64,000 bases of DNA from Octopus vulgaris (taxonomy: Eukaryota), in NCBI GenBank assembly GCA_951406725.2, contig OX597817.1, forward strand, positions 10,044,001-10,108,000, read 5' to 3'. Made by a program: the position numbers and the translations under genes. Of the stretch, positions 13,036 through 25,600 are shown in pieces. A model generated the notes under the pieces. The model worked only from the letters and a program-made list of their open reading frames with translations, was not told where the DNA came from and did not search any database. Each line of letters begins with the position of its first letter. Positions within the stretch are counted from its first letter, which is position 1.

Positions 13036-13893
13036 TGTGTATGTGTGTTGATGTTGTTGTCGTTGTCGTCTTGCGAGAGTCTTTACGCCAAATACAAAAG
13101 TTAAATACGTGTATGTGTGTGTGTGTATGTGCGTGCATGCCCGCGTGTATGTATTTATATTCTTACAAATCTTCACTCATTTATTAATGAAAAGTACAGC
13201 TATATTCAAGCTCTCATATACACACATAGTGCAGAACTCTCGCCACACATCGCTACAGGCGCAGGTACACACTTAATACATCACAAATCCACCAAACATT
13301 GAGATACGCAGAGCTGGATATGTATATACACAAATGTATTTACATATACACGAATTTACATTCACCCATATCCATTTATACATATTTAAACAAATTTACA
13401 TACATATCTATAGCGACTTGACATAATATATGCAAGTACACATTAACATACGCCCTGATATATTGAAATAAGAATAGAGAAATGTAAACAGATGCGTACA
13501 GTTATGCCAATGTATATGTATGAGTAAATATGTGTGCGTATATGTATGTGCACACAAAAGGCGCTTAGCAGAAAAAACACATACGCATACATACGAATAT
13601 ATGCGCATGTACAACAATATTCATACACATCGCTGAGCAGATAAAATATTAATGCCTTTAAGAAGCCTCAATGGGCTCTTAAGGGCCAGTACTTAGTACG
13701 GGATTTCATATGTGTTGAGCGGATGAAAGATAAATCTCTCCCCCAGGAGACGACGTCAGTCTACCTAAAGTAACATTCCCATATTATATTATACCAATCC
13801 CAGCTGCACTGAAGCGATGTAAAACTACGTTTACTGCCTGAATTGATTGCTAAACGCTCACGTGCACACAAATACAACACGTACATCTAGACA

Positions 13894-13896
<3 letters not shown>

Positions 13897-13977
<81 letters not shown>

Positions 13978-14037
13978 GCATATATATATATATATTTTTA
14001 TATATATACATGCATATATATGTATATATATACATGC

Positions 14038-14072
<35 letters not shown>

Positions 14073-14099
14073 ACATGCATATATATGTGTATATACATG

Positions 14100-14133
<34 letters not shown>

Positions 14134-14303
14134 CATATATATGTATATATACATACATATACGCATATATATACATACACACACACATATATATAGATAT
14201 GATATATAATATATATATATATATATATACACCTTTCTCTCTCTCTCTCTTTCTATCTCTATTTGTATCTCTCTCTCTCTCTTTGTATGTATGTATATAC
14301 ATA

Positions 14304-14372
<69 letters not shown>

Positions 14373-14400
14373 TATACAAACATACATATACATATATACA
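13897..14400. repeat. Compound (TACA)n/(TA)n/(CT)n low-complexity tract
   Basis: Direct inspection. Confidence 0.95.
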
Positions 14401-14620
14401 TACAAGCAACACAAAACACCATCGTATATGACCATGATAAACAGATGCTATGTGCCATTAAAGGAAACACAACAACCAGCTGAGGGGGGGGGAAACAATT
14501 AAAGAAGGAAAAGAAAACTATTAGGATCGAACCAGTCATATGTTATTCATCCATCACTATGGCTGCAAACACTGTTTGCATGACAATGGAGCGTGACGGA
14601 ACAAAATCCACTGTAATTGG

Positions 14621-14682
<62 letters not shown>

Positions 14683-14739
14683 GTGGAGGGGTGAAGCGTA
14701 GAGCATCTCATTTCATTGATGGAAAAACAGCTTCTAGTC

Positions 14740-15065
14740 TACAACAACAACAACAACAACAATATAAACAGCAACAGGGGCATCGATATCAGCAGCTGCA
14801 GCAGCAGCAGCAGCAGATGAAGCAGTAGCAACAACAATAACGAATTCGTTTGGTGGCAACAGCATTAGCAGCAGCAGCAGCAGCAGCAGCAGCAACTGGT
14901 ATGGCAAGCAATGGCGAGAAAAAAATGCAACAGTAACTACAACAACATGAACGTACATTAATGGCAATATTAAAACAATCATCAACTGCAGCAGCAGCAA
15001 GCATAAATACTCAGTGGTACAATAAACAATAGCTACAACAGCAACAGCAACAGCAGCAACACTAG
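14740..15065. repeat. (CAA)/(CAG) trinucleotide-rich tract
   Basis: Direct inspection; the polyQ/polyA translations lack any non-repetitive domain. Confidence 0.9.
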
Positions 15066-15145
15066 TTTAATAATATCAGGAGTAATACCATAGCGATAAC
15101 AACAAGAGTAAAAACAAATTTAATGATAATAATTACAATGAGTTT

Positions 15146-15900
15146 TTATTTGCCACGAGGGAGATGATAAAAAGAACATTAGAAGGACACTACGAGGACA
15201 AAACGTTGGGAATTTATGCAGATTTGATCATGGAAAAAGAACAATCATTAGAAATATAAGTCTACAAAAAGAATATAAAATAAAATCTCCCAATACGTGG
15301 ACAGTTACCTAGCGCCCGTCAAAGAACTCCAGAGAACCCCAAATGCTACCGATTTCTTAGATCAAATGCTCTTTCCCACTTAACGTCTCCTACATACAGA
15401 CATGATGCTGACAATAAACCTATTTATGTGGATCGTTCCCACAATTCTCCTGTCTTTCAGCAAAATCACTGTACTACCAGATACCTCGAGAGGAACTTGG
15501 AAGGACTCGAGTCCTTTAACCAACGCTTTTAATCTTTTCCACCATACAAAATCATTTTTTATAGCCATTAGGTAAGCGCATGCGTCTACTCCTCCTGATT
15601 AAAAGAAGTCCCTGGGGCAATCCTGATAATGAACTCCGCCGACAGCTGGGTTCGTCCTATTCAAAGCAATAACTACTCCACATAATTCTTTGAGTTAGAA
15701 ATGCTTGGTTCCTGAACGGATACACGCAAAGTAGTTTCGTCATTTTGCGCCTTGTCGAGTTGCACTCCCTGCAGAGTGTACCCGGAGCCGACAGTGCTCC
15801 TTTGTAGTATTATTAGGCCAGGAATTTCTGTAAGTTATCCATGGTATCCAGGCTAAAAGTCTTCTAGAACAGACTGTTCAGCTGACATCCATCGATGTTT
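15146..15900 (-). pseudogene. L1/Tx1-like LINE ORF2 C-terminal fragment and 3' end
   Basis: Broken translation TMDNLQKFLA**YYKGAL...LSAEFIIRIAP...MAIKNDFVWWKRLK, ending in an AATAAAA-like tail on the minus strand. Confidence 0.6.
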
Positions 15901-15924
15901 GAACCATATAGAACGTGGATCTTC

Positions 15925-16133
15925 TTGTGTGTGTTTGAGTTTGTCCTCCCACCATCGTTTGACAACCGATGTTGGTGAGTTTACATCTCTGTAATTAGAG
16001 GTTCGGCAAAAGAGTTCGATAGAATAAGTACTAGGCTTCCAAAGAATAAGTCCTGGGGTCGGTTTGTTCGACTAAAGGCGGCGCTCCAGTATGGCCACAC
16101 TCAGATGACTGAAACACATAAAAGAATAAAAGA
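15925..16133 (+). mobile_element. SINE family A, 3' half
   Basis: ttgacaaccgatgttggtg...gaataagtcctggggtcg...gatgactgaaaca. Confidence 0.85.
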
Positions 16134-16827
16134 ATCAGAACATAATGAGTAGAAAAACATAATAAATATTGCAAGACACATTGTCTAACGCTCAAATATT
16201 TCTAGGAACCGATCGCCTTAATTAATTTAGTAGGTCTAAATTAAAGATTAAATAACAAGGCTAAGACACCTAACATACACAAAATTTATATCCAAAATAA
16301 TATGACAAGTATGTGGTATCTACATATTTTCAGAAGTGCTTTGATTTATCGTTAAATCAAGCAATAAATTACCCTATTTTTAGGATCCTCCGGACGGTTG
16401 GAAAAACAGGAGAAAGGCAATGGCTATCTGGATGAAATACTTGCAACAGGGTGAACTCTGCTCAAGACACCCAAGGATCGTATAGTAGTGTGAAACCTTG
16501 TAATTAAGCCTGAATATTAGTCACACGCTCAATAGTGAACCACTATGGTAAATGGTTTACTTAATCATAGTTGCTTAAGGTTACTTAATTCAATAAAATT
16601 AACAGCACTAGTAAATAATACAGCATTAGATGTGTCAACGGGAAAGCCTTCACGAAAACGCTTGTTGAGTTGGACATAACCAGATTTTCTTAAATTACAC
16701 CCTATCATAATTTTTTAAAGGAAAAGAACCCAGTGGATAATGTAGTGCTAGATGTACTATATTTAATAGATGCAGAAATGTCGATACTAGAGTGCCTTTG
16801 ATTATAAATCTGTTCGCTATAGTAGGG

Positions 16828-17211
16828 GGAAGCACTCCGTCGGTTACGACGACGAGGGTTCCGGTTGATCCGATCAACGGAACAGCCTGCTCGTGAAATT
16901 AACGTGTAAGTGGCTGAGCACTCCACAGACACGTGTACCCTTAACGTAGTTCTCGGGGATATTTTCAGCGTGACACAGAGAGTGACAAGGCCGGCCCTTT
17001 GAAATACAGGTACAACAGAAACAGGAAGTAAGAGTGAGAGAAAGTTGTGGTGAAAGAGTACAGCAGGGATCACCACCATCCCCTGCCGGAGCCTCGTGAA
17101 GCTTTTAGGTGTTTTCGCTCAATAAACACTCACAACGCCCGGTCTGGGAATCGAAACCGCGATCCTACGACTGCGAGTCCGCTGGCCTAACCACTGGGCC
17201 ATTGTGCCTCC
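16828..17211 (-). mobile_element. SINE family C (tRNA-Arg-like head), copy 2, with TSD
   Basis: Head GGAGGCACAATGGCCCAGTGGTTAGG...GGACTCGCAGTC...GGTTTCGATTCCC (A and B boxes, TCG anticodon-like). Flanks ttc(g/a)ctatagta at 16813-16824 and 17214-17225. Confidence 0.9.
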
Positions 17212-17679
17212 ACTTCACTATAGTACAAAGCGAGTGAATGAGAAAGCCTCCACGTGGTTTCTTGAGTTGCATGAAACGGTGCCAATTATCGGGAGAACTA
17301 AAAAGATGAAAGTATTTATTAACTAAACATGTCCTACGTAATAATGTAATACAGGATATCACGATTCAATTCTCAACCTGGTTTTGATTCCAAACTGTCA
17401 TTTTTACCATCCTAGTTTTTAAAGTTGTCTTTTTCCACGAATTCCTATATTACTTTCAATATTTAGTTTTATCGGGGTTCCGATGTCAAATTTATACTTC
17501 ATATCGTCTGGATCGATCAAATGAAACACATTATAAATGATGAACCTGATTCAACTGACTACACATCTCATCAAAAATGATTATGCGACGAGATATCAAT
17601 CATTATTATTGGTACGCTTACCAGATAATGCACAGACAATGTAACAGAAAATATCTATTATATATAATATTGATTTCTT

Positions 17680-18470
17680 TCTCAGGCACAAGGCCAATTT
17701 TTGAAGCAAGGGAAGTGTATTCGATTGAATCGATCCAAGTATATTAAGGATACTTATTTTATTGAGCCAGAAATGATGAAAGACATAATCGAACCCAGTG
17801 GGGTTAGCATTCAGACAGCAAAAGACAAAGCTTAAATATTGTAATTCATTTAGTTTGTGGATGTGCCATTTCTGCCAATTCACTGCTTTTTAAAATATAT
17901 ATAATATTGATTTATTTTGATTAGATAAAATACCAAATCCTGTAGGTCACTGAGTAAAGTCTGTTGAATCAAATATCAATACATGACGAGTATCTATTCC
18001 TGTATTGTCTTCCGTATTAATATATACCATTTGTGACATTAACCCTGATATATCGAATACTGACTTAGATAATAATTATTTCTAACATAGACAGTCAGGA
18101 GGAGAGTAAATTCGAGTAGATCAACTCCAATATTTAAATTCTAATTATTAACAGACTCAGGAAACATGAAAAGCAAAACCATCTTCGAAAGGATTTGAAC
18201 TCAAATTGCAAGGTTATGTATGGGAATACTTCAAAGTGATGGGTTTGACATTCCGCAAATTCTGCCAATTCAACGCCTTTCTATATCTTTAATAATAATC
18301 ATTTCTAACATAAGCGCAGAGTCAGAAATTAGGCGGAAAGTGCAAGCCAGTCCCACCAAAGCCGGAGGTGAAAGGTAAGGTTGACCGCAGTAGAATGTGA
18401 ACTCAGGACATAAAAAGCTGTAGCTAAATACCGTGAGACATTATATCCGATGGTCGAATGATTCTGCCAA
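17680..18470 (-). mobile_element. Cluster of about three very old SINE B-related remnants
   Basis: Recurrent atgaaa(a)gcaaa...ggatttgaactc...ttctgccaa motifs near 17690-17890, 18080-18280 and 18300-18470. Confidence 0.5.
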
Positions 18471-18914
18471 TAATAAGGGCACTTACGGTGGTCATCTCCT
18501 TTCAAGCTAAACGCTACAGGCTATGAATACATTCGCTAAATGTACGTAGCCTTCGTAAATTACATTGATGAATTTATTGAGAAATATGTGGTGAGCTATT
18601 AAGAGTTAAATGTCGTTCACAGGAACCGAGTTATATTGATATAAGAAATATTTTTTGCGGTCAAAATTTTCTTCCGTAAAAAAAAAAAAACATCATATGC
18701 ATTTATGTATATAAGTATGTTTGTATGTGTATATGGATGGATTGATGGTTGGATACATTTATGTATGTTTGCGTACATACGTGGTTTTACTTGAGATTTA
18801 AATGTTAGTTTCACTGAATTTAACTGGTCACTGACCAGGTGAGAAGACTCTTTTGTCAGAATATTATTACCAAGTTGGAAATGCATATGGCTGAATATGA
18901 GTTCTGCTAACACA

Positions 18915-18998
<84 letters not shown>

Positions 18999-19116
18999 AA
19001 CACACACTGGCACAAACACACACGTATATGAATACGGAATATACGTATAGAAGCACAATTTTTCTGTTCTTAAAAAGACACATTATAACATCGATATGTA
19101 TATTTTAATATCAATA

Positions 19117-19158
<42 letters not shown>

Positions 19159-19618
19159 TGTGTGTGTGTATGTGTGTGCATGTGTGTTAATAGAGTTGCA
19201 TTGTACCTAACTGCAGAAGTATGTGTCAGCCAGTTTGCAGGTGCGCGTACACACGAATGCATTCTTTGAGTATTCGATATCCCAGCAATAAATGAACTTC
19301 ATTGTAAGTTCTAATAACATTTATGTCTATCTTTCGTACCAGCAAAGGCGGGACAATCGATAGCTCTATTGTTTCCGTGGGAGAACGGTGTAAAGAAGAG
19401 CAGATGAGGGGGTTTCTCTTAGTTCTTTCTGCACTATTCCTAAATGCTAAACATTGATGACCAGCTCGTCAACAGATGTGCTATATGTAATGAATGCGCG
19501 TTTGCACACACAACTGCGTAAACATACGCAGCTATAAAACGTATTTTTATGAATGCACAGATACACACATACATATGTGTGCGTGTGTGTGCACTATGTG
19601 TGTGTGTTTGAACAAATG

Positions 19619-19650
<32 letters not shown>

Positions 19651-19991
19651 TGTATGTATATATGTATGTATGTATGTGTGCGAGTGTGTGTGCGTGTGTG
19701 TGTGTGTGTGTGTGCCTGTATGTAAACAGTTTCAGAAGTGACAGAGTATATATAGCATTTTAAAACTAGTTTTATCTCTATAGTATATATTTACACATAT
19801 TCATGCATAAGTATCTATATGTGTGTGTGTGTGGAGAGAGAGAAAGAGGGAAAGCGCATGCCCGCGTTTATGCGTGTGTGTATGCGCCTATATATGTGTA
19901 TATTTATGTCTATCCTTATGTATACATATGTATATATCTATATATATATACATACATATATATATATATATATACATACATACATACATAC

Positions 19992-20048
<57 letters not shown>

Positions 20049-20112
20049 GATAATACACCAACTATTTACGAGTGCATGTTTTCCCTGGCTTATGGACTCT
20101 TAGATGACTCAC

Positions 20113-20152
<40 letters not shown>

Positions 20153-20357
20153 CAAAAGTTAGACAGTGAAGGGGAAAATAGACGAAAATTGGGCAAAAAT
20201 ATAGCGGACAGAAAAGGGAGACAAAAAACACGATGCAAAGAACATTCGCAGCTGACTTTGTCGTCAGTTGTCTTATATATATATACACACACACACAAAT
20301 GAGAGAGAGAAATAGAGAGAGAGGGATAAACACAAGCTTAATCTTTTGTATATTTGA

Positions 20358-20450
20358 TCCTTACGTACGTTTCACCGCTCTGGTCGTTCGGCACTCTGCA
20401 ATACGTGTTCAATGCAATTGAAAGCTTAACCAAAATGGATCGTCAGAGAA
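20358..20450 (-). ncRNA. Type-I hammerhead ribozyme motif with long stem II
   Basis: Minus strand UUCU CUGACGA uCCaUUUUGGUU[...]GACCAGAGcGGu GAAAC GUAC GUA^AGGA. Core intact, palindromic ACGUACGU stem III; the closing pair of stem II is U-U. Confidence 0.7.
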
Positions 20451-21472
20451 GACTTTATTGAATTATGTTAGAAAGAACTATGTACATATGTATATATGTA
20501 TGCACAAGCGAACGCACATATGTATGTGTGTGTGTGTGTATGTGCGCGTATCTGTGTGTTTGTGCATGTCGTTACACACATTCATGTGTTTGTATTTATA
20601 TTTGCATATTTCGTCGAAAACTGCTAAATTCTATTGCTAGATTTTTAATCCAATCCTTTGAACAATATTATAAATGTTCAATAAGTGTGCGTTTGTTCGA
20701 TATCTTGTAGATTTTAAACTAAATATCGTTTCCTAAGGGTATGCTTCATTCACTTGTCTTGTAATGAATATCAGCAACTGAAATCATTGTAGTCATTGAA
20801 ATATTCCCGAATGCTATGTCTGCAGACACATAAGTATTTTCTACCAATAAACCAATACTGGTGAGAGAGCAGATTATTGCTAAACAACAAAATCTCTACT
20901 ACAAACATTTCCAGCAACACTGCCGCCGCCATATATAACAGCTAAGACAAGCGAGCGATCAGTCTCTATCATGTTGGTCGCTTTGCTAAAAGTTACCAGC
21001 TAAACATTTTCAAATCTCTCTTTTATGTCAAAAAAGACTGAATGAATACGACTGGAATGGTTTTCATCATAGTTCTGAAAATGGACAAAAAATATACTAA
21101 ACAAAGAGGAAGTTTTTTTTTGGTTTTTTTTATGTTGTCGATCGACCCGTTGCATTTAGTACAGAAGCCAAATCTTCCTCGGAAACCTGAAATGAAAACC
21201 TGATTTTCTTTTCAATCCATCAATCTTAAAACTGAATGATCGATGAAAGACGTTGACCAAATGTATTTTCCGTACTCATTACAATCGATCTATGTATTAA
21301 AGTATAGAACTAAGTGGGTGTGCACTATTACGGATCAGGATCTAGGCTGCAATAGGCATACCCGCATACATACATTTATTCTACAATTGTTAGATGTCCG
21401 ATCTGACCTCTGTACGTCAAGTATAGTTCTACATGCTTGTATTGTATTATATAGTGTTTCTACCTTACAATA

Positions 21473-21570
21473 ACCACACCTCTGCTACCGTCACATCTGC
21501 TATAGTACCACACCTCTGCTACCGTCACCTCTGCTATAGTACCACGCCTCTGCTATAGTGCCACCTCTGC
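21473..21570 (+). repeat. Minisatellite, 34-bp unit x2 plus partial units
   Basis: accacacctctgctaccgtcac(a/c)tctgctatagt repeated, built from cacctctgcta subunits. Confidence 0.9.
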
Positions 21571-22582
21571 GTAAGCTATTACAGAATGCATAATATACCG
21601 TTATATACAGTAAGAACTTTTAAAACGTATGCTTAGCTCACGAATGTTTCTCATTAAACTGATGAGATGCATGTTGCCCAGATTACGGTGCCGATGCATG
21701 TTAAACAACATTCTCAGAAGATAGCTACCTATTCCTTACAGTTAGAAGAGATTAGAGGCAGGTAGAACGATTTCTGTTGCTCAGAGACGAAGCAGCTGCA
21801 GCGGATATGATCTACATGATACATTTATTGGTGCATTGGTAATCCAACACGATATTCCAGCCTACATTTTGCCATCATATTTCTCCTTCGCACTGTGTCT
21901 GTGTGTGTATTTGTATGTGTGTATATGTGTGGCTATGTGAATGAGTGAAAAAGTGTGGGGTGTGTGTGAGAAAGAGAGAGAAGGGATAAATATATATATA
22001 TACATAGTAATAGTATAATATTTTTTAGATCAATGTCTAATGCCACCAAAATATAGTTTCAAAATACTGATCGCATTTACTTCACGGGATTGTTTACATC
22101 TCTACACCAGTTTATGGAAGCGCCATTGTCAAGAATGGATTTCCATAATCTTTGCCAAGCACCGATGTATCAGCACCCGAAATGTTATGGACACGTCTGA
22201 CACACGTCTTTCACACACACACATACACACACTAGCATACACACATAGACACTCAGAGATACTGTCATTTTATCTATCTTTGAGAACGTTTCCGTAAAAA
22301 CAGATATATTAGAGCCTTGTTCTCCCAGAAATCTACGCTAGTAAGCCTTGTTGTGATCAGCCCTTGAGATCATCGGTAAAATCAATACTGTCACATTTTA
22401 CATTGACAAAGTCCTGCAACGTCTCTTCCATGAAAACTTACTGGTTAAGTAACCGGACTAAAATAGCATCAGTTTCTTTTCTTTTGATGGTTGGATACAA
22501 ATGCCGAAAGTGCCATCTAGTATAGCCTCGGGCCGACCAAAGCCTTCCGAGTGGATTTAGTAGACGGACGGAAACTGAAAAA

Positions 22583-22813
22583 GGCGGCGAGCTCGCAGAA
22601 ACGTTAGCACGCCGGGCGAAATGCTTTGTGGTATTTCGTCCGCCACTGCGTTCTAAGTTCAAATTCCGCCGAGGTCGACTGTGCCTTTCATCCTTTTGGG
22701 GTCGATAAATTAAGTATCAGTTACGCACTTGGGTCGATGTAATCGACTCAATCCGTTTGTCTGTTCTTGTTTGTCCCTTCTATGTTTAGCCCCTTCTGGG
22801 CAATAAAGAAATA
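22583..22813 (+). mobile_element. SINE family B nested in a SINE A remnant
   Basis: TSD ggaaactgaaa at 22570-22580 and 22814-22824; host SINE A pieces at about 22505-22580 and 22965-23195. Confidence 0.9.
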
Positions 22814-23893
22814 GGAAACTGAAAGAGGTCACAGATGTGTGACGAATGATTTCCGGGCAATCGACATAAGATAAATTAATAAATAGTAATAAACGAGTGA
22901 AGAACTAATATAGAGTTCGTGTGTTTATTTGGCGAAAACTATGACCGTCCTGAAATATAACAATGTGTGTGTGTGTGTGGGGAGGTGCATGTGTTTGTCC
23001 CCTACAACTGCTTGACAACCGTTGCTGGTGTGTTTACGTCCCCTTAAATATGCGGTTAGGTAAAAGAAACTAATAGAAAAAGGAACAGGCTTTAAAATAA
23101 AAAAAAAGTACCGCGGTCGATTCATTCGAATAAAATTCTTCATGGCGGTGCCCCAGCATGGCCGCAGACTTATGACTGAAACAAATAAAAGAATAACAGA
23201 GTACCAAGAAAACAAATCCTATTTCTCTGAACCGCTGCTGACAGCCTTACATACATAATACTGCTAAAGCTGTACCGCAGTCATTGAACAACGGCTTTGG
23301 AGGCCGCAAAATATTTCAGTCTTGATTAATTGCTGATTCTGTTCAAAGGCCAACTAAAATCCACATGAGATAACTGCTTGAGTGTATGAAACAGTGCTGT
23401 TGCTACACTTACAAACATTTTAGGTGGCATTCAAAATGATAATATTCAAATGGTGATCAAAGGGATTCTCGCCAACACGATTCAACCGGTTCAATAGTTC
23501 ATACTCACGACATTTCTCTCTCTCTCTCTCTCGTTATCTCCCTTTCTCTCCTCTCTACAATACCTTCTGCCCCTTTGAACAAGCTGACCTTCACTTCCGG
23601 CCTACAAGAAAAATGTTCCATATCTCAAACTAAACATTTCGCTCAATTGCTTCTCACCTGAACAGACCCTGATCTACAGGTGTTTTCACTGAATATCGAC
23701 TGTGTCAAACTTATCAGTCTGTAAAGTGCAAAAAATTTCAGGACTACTAGTATTCATTCTGTGAATAACACACTGATACGATCGAAAGTATCTTTAAAAC
23801 GAAGGTAAAAGAAAATAAGGTGTCTGTAAATATTTTCATTATCATTTGCTTCAAAGGCTTCTTCTTGTCACCTATTTTGCACTTATTTCACTA

Positions 23894-24265
23894 CTAGCAG
23901 TATCGCCCGGCGTTGCTCGGGTTTGTAAGGGAAATAAGTATAAAGCATTTTTAGAGTTATAGCCAAAAAATGGAAAAAAAAATGATGGTAAATTTTTTTG
24001 AGAGTTAAAAAGGTCGAGTTGCGTCCCCTAGACAGTCTGTGGTTTGTGTTTCTGATTCTCGACCCCATGTCGAATTTATCGATTTTCTTTCAGAACTGGG
24101 GGAACTTTTCAAAATTTTGGCTGCGTTAGTTTTGAATTATGACATTGGGCTATGTGTGAGTCAAGTTTCATCAGAATCAATTGAAAGCCATGGTCAGGGT
24201 GAGGGTACAACCTGACAGACACACAGACACACACACAGACAAACTGCCGTTTATATATAGAGAGA
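23894..24265 (-). mobile_element. Non-autonomous Helitron (372 bp)
   Basis: Minus strand A|TCTCTCTATATATAAA ... CCCGAGCAACGCCGGG hairpin ... CTAG|T: 5' TC, 3' hairpin plus CTAG, AT target, no TSD. Confidence 0.9.
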
Positions 24266-24691
24266 TGACACTGTAGTTTCACTAGGGTTACACGAAACAT
24301 TATATAATATATAATATTTTCATCATAATGTGTATTTGATTTATAATTACCTTAGATGATACAGGTAGCCTTAGCAACTCACTTTTATGGCTACCACTTT
24401 CTCGTTCTTACGTCAGTAGAACGTACATTTATGCAGTATTCAAATTGTTTATTTGCAGCTATATGTATATCATATGTATATAAATATATACATGTAAGAA
24501 AAATACAAATAACAAAACGATAACAGGCATGTATTCTTACTTTTTCTTTTAAAGAAAATCGTGTTATTTTATTGTAAGACATCACTCACACGCGCACATA
24601 CATGCATGGACAAACATATATTCGTGTGTGTGCATGCGCGTGAGTGCACGCGTGTTTGTCTAAATAGACTGAGAGAATATAAAAATATAAA

Positions 24692-24769
24692 TACTTAGTG
24701 GATTCGAACCCCAAAAATCCATGGTATGATGATCTTGAATGTAGATCTCGTCCAACAGGCCATCCTTAC
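24692..24769 (-). pseudogene. Degenerate tRNA-like (Leu-CAA-like) remnant
   Basis: Minus strand GTAAGGATGGCCTGTTGG (A-box-like)...ATTCAAG...GGGGTTCGAATCCAC (B box). The cloverleaf stems do not pair well. Confidence 0.35.
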
Positions 24770-25301
24770 TGACGAAACATGGATGTGCACAAAAGGGAAT
24801 CTCAGTTCACTGTACATACTGAAAGAACATAGCGCTGTTTATTAATCACGGATTCTGTTGTGCTAGAGAAGGAACAAAAATACTAAAAACCGTTGAAATC
24901 AACTCTGAACAGTTTAAGCTACAAAGCAGGAAGGCCTTCACTTCACACGACTGCTCACTCTTCTTCTACAGTGACTGCAATAAAGACTGCTACTCTCGAA
25001 TACGATGAGCTAACATAAGGACAACAAAGAAAGGAAGAGTGAGAGTTTGGGAAAAGTGGAGGAAAGAAAAGACGAAATTTCCATCGAGGCCGATTTGAAC
25101 GGGTTTTGAATATTGAATATTAATTCGGAACCTTAACAGTGATAACTATCTGAGATCACTGTAGTAAAAGTTTTGTCGTTGATTTAAATATTGCCGTTGG
25201 TACTAGTAACATTGACTGATTTCTGTAATTTCGTTATGTATTTTATGACTTGAAAGATATAGCACATACGTTTGGATTGATTCTGGCGTACTATAATTTA
25301 G

Positions 25302-25600
25302 GGCCTCCGTCGGTCGTGGCTGACTATGGATGATGTCTCCGTCCGTTGAGTTGTCTATTCAGTTTTTGCAACACCTCCTGTGGCTGTAGAGACTGATGCG
25401 AGAGTGGCGGTCTCGTTTGCAGAGGTCACACCTATACGTTGAATCCGGTCTGTTGGCTGTCATTTTTTTTCTGCGGGCTCGGTTTTCAGCTGCCGCCACC
25501 TTCAAATTCTCTTCGCCGGTCTGCAGTTGTTTGGGAACAGAGCCTCTCCAGCTCGTTGGATCGGCTGCGAGATTCTCCCAGGAACTGGTTTACTACTCAT
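25302..25600 (-). pseudogene. RTE/BovB-like LINE 3' end with C-terminal Zn finger
   Basis: SWENLAADPTSWRGSV...AENRARRKK...YRCDLCKRDRHSRISLYSHRRCC, followed by a short 3' UTR. Confidence 0.85.

Noticed and set aside
14559-14828. PolyQ ORF resembling a transcription-factor exon
   Set aside because: Built from (GA)n and (CAA/CAG)n repeats; no domain or convincing splice sites.
17140-17211. Functional tRNA-Arg gene
   Set aside because: The tRNA-like sequence continues into a repeated ~310-bp body with a TSD; it is a SINE head.
19330-19460. Possible small exon after tttcgtaccag
   Set aside because: Weak donor and no recognisable peptide; cannot be supported without transcript data.
21473-21570. 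CRISPR-like repeat array
   Set aside because: Contiguous tandem units without unique spacers; eukaryotic context; no cas genes.
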